Shown: piece after piece, positions 57,613 through 64,000 of the stretch | How the letters are laid out: each line of letters starts with the position of its first letter | How positions within the stretch are numbered: position 1 is the first letter of the stretch | Source of the DNA: an uncultured Planctomycetota bacterium | Lineage (GTDB): Bacteria > Planctomycetota > PLA2 > JAEUHO01 | Direction of reading: 5' to 3' | DNA: 64,000 nt | Assembly: GCA_963752285.1 (NCBI GenBank) | Contig: CAVVXN010000005.1 | Location: forward strand, 2,048,001 to 2,112,000 | Notes under the pieces: generated by a model | Seen by the model: only the letters and a program-made list of their open reading frames with translations | What the model was told of the DNA's origin: nothing | Databases searched by the model: none | Program-made: the position numbers and the translations under genes

Positions 57613-58112
57613 GAGACGTCCCCCCGGGGCGATGCTTGGACCCCCACCGGGCCCCCGTTCTTCCCGCCCGCGGTCTCTGGCGGGCTCTGCGGCGGGCTCC
57701 CCGCCGGTCCCCGCACCCGCTCGAGGAACGCCGCCGGAGGCCGGCGGGGTCGGCCGTGTCGGTCGGCCGAGGCGAGGACCGTGAAACCCGTGGCGAGGAG
57801 TTCCTCGTCCCGCAAGACCTCGTACTCGAACCGCATCCGGACGCCCTTCGCCTGGGCGATCCGCGTCCGGACCGTGAGCAGGTCGTCGTACCGGGCGGGC
57901 GCGAGGTAGCGGGCCCCGGTCTCCACGACGAGGAGGAGGACCCCCTCCTCCTCGAGCGAGCGGTAGCTGCCGCCGAGGGCCCGGAGGTACTCGGTCCGGC
58001 CCTGCTCGAAGTAGACGAGGTAGTTGGCGTGGTAGGCGACCCCCATACGGTCCACCTCGCCGTAGCGGACACGGAGGCGGGTCTCGTTCACGAGGTCGGC
58101 GCGGGGGGCCAT
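57609..58112 (-). CDS. Acyl-CoA thioesterase (YbgC/FadM hotdog family)
   Basis: RVRYGEVDRMGVAYHANYLVYFEQGRTE, Y.APARYDD. Confidence 0.92.
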   Translation of the reverse strand: MAPRADLVNETRLRVRYGEVDRMGVAYHANYLVYFEQGRTEYLRALGGSYRSLEEEGVLLLVVETGARYLAPARYDDLLTVRTRIAQAKGVRMRFEYEVLRDEELLATGFTVLASADRHGRPRRPPAAFLERVRGPAGSPPQSPPETAGGKNGGPVGVQASPRGDVS

Positions 58113-58168
58113 CGGGCCCGATTATCGAGAGGGGCGGCCCCCCGCGGTGGATATTCTGCGGGGCCGCG

Positions 58169-58990
58169 ATGGAGATCCCCGCCCGAGACCCCGAGGAGGA
58201 GGCGCAGGCGGAGGTCGAGCCCCGGGAGCCGAGCCCGCCGCAGGCGCCCCGTCCGCTGCTCGCCGCCGTCCTGGGCCTCGTCGTTCCCGGCCTTGGCCAG
58301 GCGTACGTCGGCCGGCCGCGAAAGGGTCTGCTCTTCTTCCTCGCGATCCTCGCCCCGTTCGCGCTCGGATGGGCCCTCACGGACTTCGCGGTGGTCGATC
58401 CGGGCACCTACCCGTACGACTTCCTCGCCCAGGTGCTCCTCGGGCTCCCGACGGCCGCGGCGATCGCGCTCTCGCGCGGCCACGTCCTCGACCACCTCCC
58501 GCGATGGTTCGACGTCGGCCGCCTCTACGTGCAGGTCGCCGGCCTCCTCAACCTGATCGCCGTCCTCGACGCGGTCGGGGAGTCGATCGGCCTCGAGCGG
58601 CAGGCACGAGAGTGGCACCTCGCGCGGGCGGACCGGCTCCGGGCCCGGGAGCGAGCGCGGGTGGAAGCCCTCGAGGCGGAGGCGCTCCGGCGCCGGGAGG
58701 CGGAGTCGGACGGCGGGGACGTGCCGCCCGAGCCCGGGGCGAACGGTGAGGGCGTTCCCGACGGGGCCCTCGAGGCGACTCCGTCCGCGCCGACGGGCCC
58801 GGCGCCCGAGGGGCCGCCGTCGCCCGAGAGCCCGGCGCCCGCGAGCGCGGCGCCCGACAGCCCGGCCCCCGAGTGCGCGGCGCCGGAGGGCCCCGCGCCG
58901 GATCCCGTCGCGCCAGAGGCGCCTCCCCCCCTCGAGCTGCCGCGCTCCGAGGAGGGCCTCCCGCGCCGTCCGTGGGAGGAGGGCTCGTGA
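58169..58990 (+). CDS. Membrane protein (DUF6677-like) with a Pro-rich tail
   Basis: VPGLGQAYVGR..KG and VAGLLNLIAVLDA motifs. Confidence 0.75.
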   Translation: MEIPARDPEEEAQAEVEPREPSPPQAPRPLLAAVLGLVVPGLGQAYVGRPRKGLLFFLAILAPFALGWALTDFAVVDPGTYPYDFLAQVLLGLPTAAAIALSRGHVLDHLPRWFDVGRLYVQVAGLLNLIAVLDAVGESIGLERQAREWHLARADRLRARERARVEALEAEALRRREAESDGGDVPPEPGANGEGVPDGALEATPSAPTGPAPEGPPSPESPAPASAAPDSPAPECAAPEGPAPDPVAPEAPPPLELPRSEEGLPRRPWEEGS

Positions 58991-59169
58991 CCTGGCTCGA
59001 TCTCGTATGGTTCCCGCCGCTCATGCTCGCCGTGTCGGCCGTCGTCGGCGGCGCGGGACGCGCGGCGGGCGAGGTGGCCGGGCAGGTCCGGCGGACGTTC
59101 GTCGCGTTCACGGCCGGCGTGATCGTGGTGGCGTTGGTCGTGCGCGCGGTCGTCCTGCTCTTCGCCTAG
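58987..59169 (+). CDS. Small two-TM protein
   Basis: GTGA overlap with the upstream stop; 60-aa hydrophobic ORF. Confidence 0.7.
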   Translation: MTWLDLVWFPPLMLAVSAVVGGAGRAAGEVAGQVRRTFVAFTAGVIVVALVVRAVVLLFA

Positions 59170-59186
59170 ACGCGCGCCGGGACGGA

Positions 59187-60290
59187 TCAGACCCTCCGCA
59201 CGCCGAGGCCGGGGACGCGGGCGAGGTACCCGTCGAGCTCGAGCTCGGCCACGCCCACCGCGACGTCGGTCGGACCGAGGCCGGTCCGGCGACAGAGCTC
59301 CTCCAGGCCCACGGTCTCGGCCTCCTCGACGGCGGTCCACACGCGGAGCGCCGGGCCCGGCGGCGGGGGCTCGCGGGCGGGGATCGCGGCGTCGGGCCCG
59401 CCCGGCTCGCCGATCCCGAGCGCGCGGAGGACGTCGCCGGGCCCCTCGCAGAGCCCCGCGGCGCCGCGCTTGAGGAGGCCGTGCGAGCCGCGGAAACCGT
59501 CCACCCCCACCGGCCCGGGCACGGCGAGGACCTCGCGGCCGAGGTCCAGGGCCAGGCCCGCCGTCAGCAGCGCACCGCTCCGATGGGGCGCCTCGACGAC
59601 CACGACCACCTGCGAGAGGGCCGCGACGAGGCGGTTCCGGCGCGGGAAGAAGCCCGGCCGCGGCGCGGTGCCCGGCGGGTGCTCCGAGAGGAGGCCGCCG
59701 CGGTCGAGCATCTCCTCCTTCAGGGCCTGGTGTTCGATGGGATACGGCACGTCGATCGCGCAGCCGAGCACGCCCAGCGTGCCCCCCGCGCCGCCGACCA
59801 GCGCGCCGCGGTGCGCCGCGGCGTCGATCCCCAGGGCGAGCCCGCTCACGACGAACACGCCGCGCGCGGCGAGAGAGCGGGCGAGGTGGGTCGCGACGCG
59901 CTGTCCGTACGCGCCCGCGGCTCGCGTTCCCACGATCGCCACCGCGGGAACGCCCTTCGGTGGCAGCCGCCCCCGCGCGAACAGGGCCAGCGGCGGGTCG
60001 GCGAGGGCCGCGAGAGGCTCGGGCCAGTCCTCGTCGGACGGGACGAGCACGCGCTGGCCGAGCGCCTCGGCCTCGTCGAGCACCCGCCGGGGTCTCGTCG
60101 CCGCGAGCGCGCGGTGGACGGCCTCGCCGCGCCGGAGCCCGAGCGCGCGGACGATCGCCGCGCGCGGCGCGTGTGCGGCCGGGACGACGCCGCCGAGCGC
60201 GTCCCCGAGTCGCCGGGCGGTCCGAGGGCCGACCCCGTCCGCGAGCGCGAGCCGAAGCCACGCGAGACGGGGGTCCGGACCGGGGGCCAT
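59187..60290 (-). CDS. dprA: DNA-processing protein DprA
   Basis: DPPLALFARG, VAIVGTR, VSGLALGIDAAAH, FPRRNRLVA, VVVEA..RSGALLTA, C-terminal wHTH. Confidence 0.96.
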   Translation of the reverse strand: MAPGPDPRLAWLRLALADGVGPRTARRLGDALGGVVPAAHAPRAAIVRALGLRRGEAVHRALAATRPRRVLDEAEALGQRVLVPSDEDWPEPLAALADPPLALFARGRLPPKGVPAVAIVGTRAAGAYGQRVATHLARSLAARGVFVVSGLALGIDAAAHRGALVGGAGGTLGVLGCAIDVPYPIEHQALKEEMLDRGGLLSEHPPGTAPRPGFFPRRNRLVAALSQVVVVVEAPHRSGALLTAGLALDLGREVLAVPGPVGVDGFRGSHGLLKRGAAGLCEGPGDVLRALGIGEPGGPDAAIPAREPPPPGPALRVWTAVEEAETVGLEELCRRTGLGPTDVAVGVAELELDGYLARVPGLGVRRV

Positions 60291-60333
60291 GGACGACCAT
60301 CGCGCGGCGAACCGTGGCGGTCACGTCCGGGGC

Positions 60334-60372
60334 AAAGAAAGAGAGGCCGCGACCCGGGGGTCGCGGCCTCTC
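60334..60372 (-). terminator. Rho-independent terminator downstream of the pilin gene
   Basis: GAGAGGCCGCGACCC-GG-GGGTCGCGGCCTCTC inverted repeat followed on the minus strand by TTTCTTT. Confidence 0.85.
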
Positions 60373-60415
60373 GAGAGCGCCCCGAGGGACGCCCAGAGAT
60401 CGTGGAACGAGGTCG

Positions 60416-61090
60416 TTAGTTGACCTGCTTCCAGACGGTGCCGGCCGGCGCGCCGCTGTTGCCAGCGCCGCCGATGTCCGTCGCACCGGTGATCGTGTTC
60501 GCCACCGCGAACGCCGCGTCGCCCGACGGGCCGTTGCCCGTGCCGCTGTACGCCGGCAGCTCGATGGCGAGGACGTCACCAGCCTGGTTCGTGAAGAACG
60601 TGCGGTTGCCGCTCTGGTTGTAGTTGACCGGCCACGCATACGCGCACCAGGTCGTCTCGCAGAGGTCGGCGTCGATGTTCGCGACGTTACCCGCGACATC
60701 GCCCACGAGGCCGTCGCCGCCCGCGTCGGGCAGGTAGAGCTCGAAGAAGTAACCCGAGCGGGTGACCTCACCGTTCGCGTTCACGTTCTGGAAGCCGGTC
60801 GAGAGGACGGGCGGGACGAGGGCCGCGGCCAGGCGGCCGTAGATCTTCCCGGCCATCTCCTGGAACGCGCCGTACTCACCGGACCCGTCGTTGTCGGCGT
60901 CCGCCTTGGCGCCCTGCTGGAACTGCGCCTCGGACGACACGATGTTGCGGAGCGTCGCGATCGCCGCCGTCTCGTTGGCCGACAGACGCGCGGCCAGGAG
61001 GTTCGGGATGGCGATGGCGGCGATGATCGCGATGATCGCAATGACGATCATCAGCTCGATCAGCGTAAAACCCTTCTGATTGCGGGACAT
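60416..61090 (-). CDS. pilA: Type IV pilin (probable major pilin)
   Basis: Class III signal peptide MSRNQKG/FTLIELMIVIAIIAIIAAIAIP; GGGAG RBS; own terminator. Confidence 0.88.
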   Translation of the reverse strand: MSRNQKGFTLIELMIVIAIIAIIAAIAIPNLLAARLSANETAAIATLRNIVSSEAQFQQGAKADADNDGSGEYGAFQEMAGKIYGRLAAALVPPVLSTGFQNVNANGEVTRSGYFFELYLPDAGGDGLVGDVAGNVANIDADLCETTWCAYAWPVNYNQSGNRTFFTNQAGDVLAIELPAYSGTGNGPSGDAAFAVANTITGATDIGGAGNSGAPAGTVWKQVN

Positions 61091-61274
61091 GGACTCTGTT
61101 CTCCCTTTGGATTCCTGGGGGGATGGCCCGACGGGGAGAGCCGGCGAAGGCGCAGTGAGCGCCCGACCCCGTCCACACCTCCCCGGGCCGAGGAAACGTG
61201 GGCGGAGCCCTCGTCCCGCGAGGGGACCTCCGGACTCAGGTGCGGAGGTGGGTGAGACCTCCGTACCCGGCGCC

Positions 61275-62264
61275 CTATCGACCCCCCTCGCCGTCGGACT
61301 TGAGGACTTCTTGAGGGCCGGAGGCGAGGGCGCCGAACGCCGGGTCGCGAGCCTCGCGGGCCGCGGCCTGGCGGGGATCGAGGCGCTTCGCCCGCGCCCA
61401 GACCTCGCGGGCCGCCGGGTCTTTCGCCTCCAAGAGGCCGCGCGCGGCGGCCTCGAGGGCCGCATAGTCGCCGGGCGCGAGGGCGGCCAGTCGGCGCCAG
61501 GAGGCGTCGGCGCCCTCGGGCGCGATCCGGGCCCGCAGGCCCGCCACCTTCACCAGCGCCTGGAGGAGGCTCGTCCGCCCGAACCCGATCGCCACGGGCG
61601 GCACGTCGGGCGGGGGGTTCGGGACGTCCTGGAGCACCTGGTCCAGGTCACGCGCGGCGTCGTCCTTCGCCCCCGTCTCGGACCGGATCCAGGCGCCCTC
61701 GAGCCGCCGCAGCGTCTCGAGGGTCGGGTTCGGCCAGGGAGCGCCCGCGAGGTCGAGCTCTCGGAGCGCCTCGTCGCCCTGCCCGAGCGCCTGCAGCACC
61801 TCGCTCCGCTCGACGAGGAGCGCCCGGCGTGCGTCCGGCGCGCTCGCGAGCGCACGCGCCTCGTCGAGGAGCCGGAGCGCCTCGGCCGGGCGCTTCGACC
61901 CGGACGCGAGCTGCGCCTCGACCCGCAGCGCGCGTTGACGGAGCGACGGGGGGAGCGCGGGGTCGGCCAGCTCCGACCGGAGGACCTTCTGGATCTCGGC
62001 GGCGCCCGACGGAAGGCCGGCGAGCAGGTCGAGATCGTCGAGCCGGGCCTCGAGGTAGGCGAGGTGGTCGGCCGCGTTCAGCGCGCGGCGCGCGAGGTAG
62101 AGCTGGATTCCGACGACGGCGAGGACGAGGCCGGCCCCGTAGAGGATCGAGCGCGCGAGCACCGGGTGCCGGCGCCGCCAGGACGTGGGCCCCCCGCCGC
62201 CGGCCGGCGCGGGGGCCTCCCCGCGCCCGTCGAACGCCACGCCACGAGCCAAGGGGGCCTCCAT
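61275..62264 (-). CDS. Membrane-anchored helical (TPR-like) protein
   Basis: TM ILYGAGLVLAVVGIQLYL followed by Ala/Leu-rich helical repeats; lies between pilC and the pilin gene. Confidence 0.7.
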   Translation of the reverse strand: MEAPLARGVAFDGRGEAPAPAGGGGPTSWRRRHPVLARSILYGAGLVLAVVGIQLYLARRALNAADHLAYLEARLDDLDLLAGLPSGAAEIQKVLRSELADPALPPSLRQRALRVEAQLASGSKRPAEALRLLDEARALASAPDARRALLVERSEVLQALGQGDEALRELDLAGAPWPNPTLETLRRLEGAWIRSETGAKDDAARDLDQVLQDVPNPPPDVPPVAIGFGRTSLLQALVKVAGLRARIAPEGADASWRRLAALAPGDYAALEAAARGLLEAKDPAAREVWARAKRLDPRQAAAREARDPAFGALASGPQEVLKSDGEGGR

Positions 62265-62293
62265 CGCGGTCGGGTCGCCAGCCACGACGCGGG

Positions 62294-63592
62294 CTAGTGC
62301 GCGAGCTGCTTCTGGAGCTCGAAGATCGGCAGGAAGACCGCGAGACAGATCATACCGACCAGGATGCCCATCGTGGCGATCATGATCGGCTCGATCAGGC
62401 TCGTCAGCTGCTTCACCGTGGCCCGGACCTGCTCGTCGTAGAACTCGGAGATCTTCTCGAGCAGCATCTCGAGCGAGCCCGACTTCTCGCCGATGCTCAC
62501 CATGCGGGTCACCATCGGCGGGAAGACCTGGCTCTGGGCCAGCGGCTCGGCCAGCGTCTCGCCCTGCCGCACGTTCTCTCGGGCGTTCAGCACGGCCTCC
62601 GCGATGATCACGTTGCCCGACGTGTCGGCCACGATCTCGAGCGAGCCGAGGATCGGCACGCCCGACTTGAGCATCGTGGCGAAGGTCTTCGAGAAGCGTG
62701 ACAGGCCGACCTTGCGGAAGAGGGGGCCGAAGATCGGCACGTGGAGCATGAGCCAGTCCCACTGGCGCCGCCCGCGCTTCGTCCGCTTGTAGACGACGAG
62801 GAGCATGACGGAGAGCACGATGGCCGCGAGGAGCACGTCCCAGCGCTCGCGGCAGAAGTCCGAGAACGCGAGGATGCCGCGCGTCAGGCCGGGGAGCTCG
62901 ATGTCGAGGGTCGAGAAGACCTCCTTGAACTTCGGGACGATCCCGAGCATCAGGAAGGTGGTGATGCCGAAGATCATCATCAACGACACGACCGGATAGG
63001 TCATGGCGCTCTTGATGTCGCGCTTCAGCCGCTGCGAGGCCTCGAGGTACTCGGCCAGGCGCCCCAGGATCTCGTCGATCTGACCGGACGCCTCGCCGGC
63101 GCGGATCATGCTGATGTAGACGTCGGTAAAGACCTTGGGGTGGCGGTCGAGCGCCGTGCTGAGGTCCTCTCCGCTCCGGACGCCGGTGATCACGTCGTCG
63201 AGCAGCAGTCCGAACTGCCTCGACTCCGCCTGCTCCTGGAGGATCTCGAGGCACTCGAGCAGAGGGATGCCGGCCGAGATCATCGTCGAGAGCTGGCGCG
63301 TGAAGAGGACGATCTCCTCCTTCTTCTTGACGCCGGGCTTCGCCCCGCCGAGCTCGAGCGCGAGCCAGCCGCCCTTCTTGGGCGCGGCCGCACGGGGGGC
63401 CGAGCTCGCCCCGGGAGCCGGCGCGCGGCGCGGCGGCGCGCGGAGACGCCCGCCCCGCTTCGCCTCGATCTGGAGCGGCGTCAGGTTCCTGCGCTTCAGC
63501 TCGTCCACGCAATCGGTCTGGCTGGTGGCGTCGAGCGAACCCCGGACGGTGCGTCCGTCGGATCCGACCGCGCTGTACTTGAAGGTGGGCAT
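62294..63592 (-). CDS. pilC: Type IV pilus / T2SS inner-membrane platform protein (PilC/GspF)
   Basis: FTRQLSTMISAGIP, AGEASG, AMTYP, GEKSGSL, LIEP. Confidence 0.95.
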   Translation of the reverse strand: MPTFKYSAVGSDGRTVRGSLDATSQTDCVDELKRRNLTPLQIEAKRGGRLRAPPRRAPAPGASSAPRAAAPKKGGWLALELGGAKPGVKKKEEIVLFTRQLSTMISAGIPLLECLEILQEQAESRQFGLLLDDVITGVRSGEDLSTALDRHPKVFTDVYISMIRAGEASGQIDEILGRLAEYLEASQRLKRDIKSAMTYPVVSLMMIFGITTFLMLGIVPKFKEVFSTLDIELPGLTRGILAFSDFCRERWDVLLAAIVLSVMLLVVYKRTKRGRRQWDWLMLHVPIFGPLFRKVGLSRFSKTFATMLKSGVPILGSLEIVADTSGNVIIAEAVLNARENVRQGETLAEPLAQSQVFPPMVTRMVSIGEKSGSLEMLLEKISEFYDEQVRATVKQLTSLIEPIMIATMGILVGMICLAVFLPIFELQKQLAH

Positions 63593-63620
63593 GGGGGCTC
63601 CTGGTCGGTCCGGGTGGGGC

Positions 63621-64000
63621 TCAGACCACTTCGGCCTCGTCGGCGACGACGGCGCCCTGTCGCGCGCGGCGCTGGTCGGAGATGGTGACCCGCAGCACCT
63701 CCTCGACGCTCGTCGTGCCGCGCATGGCGTTCAGGAGCGCGGCGCGACGCAGGGTGATCATGCCCGCGTCGAGCGCGGCGTGGTGCACCTCGACAGCGGA
63801 GCGTCCCTGGACGATCATCCGCTTCACGTTGTCGGTCATCGGAAGGGTCTCGAGAATCGCGAAGCGCCCGGCGTAGCCCTGCGTGCAGCGCCCGCAGCCC
63901 TTCGCCTGGAAGAGCGTGGGACGGTCCGTGATGTCTTGCTCGGAAAGGCCGATGTCCCTCAGGCGCTCCGCCGGCGCCTCGTAGGGCTGCTTGCAGTGCG
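63621..64000 (-). CDS. pilB: Type IV pilus assembly ATPase (PilB/GspE), 3' end only
   Basis: HCK...GCGRC.QGYAGRFAILE...GMITLR...GTTSVEEVLRV. Confidence 0.9.
   Translation of the reverse strand, partial: HCKQPYEAPAERLRDIGLSEQDITDRPTLFQAKGCGRCTQGYAGRFAILETLPMTDNVKRMIVQGRSAVEVHHAALDAGMITLRRAALLNAMRGTTSVEEVLRVTISDQRRARQGAVVADEAEVV

Noticed and set aside
61091..61274. c-di-GMP riboswitch or sigma-54 promoter upstream of the pilin gene
   Set aside because: No GEMM consensus or GG-N10-GC motif found by eye; only generic GC hairpins.
1..64000. tRNA, rRNA, transposase, integrase or prophage genes
   Set aside because: None recognised by eye; tRNAscan/Infernal were not run, so small RNAs may have been missed.

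Overview
Very GC-rich bacterial chromosomal segment with about 50 genes, mostly housekeeping and signalling. The host is probably a Planctomycetota lineage; this is inferred from ECF sigma factors with membrane-anchored C-terminal extensions, an insert-bearing ValRS and a kinase-FGE fusion. Recognisable genes: valS, a K+-dependent membrane pyrophosphatase (hppA), priA, dprA, type IV pilus genes (partial pilB, pilC, a major pilin), an NtrX/NtrY-like two-component pair, an HtrA-like protease, ArnT-like plus PAP2 genes, rmlA plus a eukaryote-type (NRS/ER-like) epimerase/reductase, and a 2-oxoacid oxidoreductase operon whose gamma subunit is fused to a GltD/DsrL-like flavoprotein and a ferredoxin domain. 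Four genes look decayed or frameshifted (PIN toxin remnant, ECF pseudogene, beta-helix/PA14 gene, a multi-domain gene). Non-coding structure includes a 6x54-bp G-rich hairpin array next to a 19-bp inverted-repeat element, a duplicated palindromic 46-60 bp element, a TetR operator, a strong terminator after the pilin gene and recurring leaderless-type promoters. I saw no rRNA, tRNA, CRISPR array, transposase or integrase. All calls come from reading motifs by eye; no searches were run.
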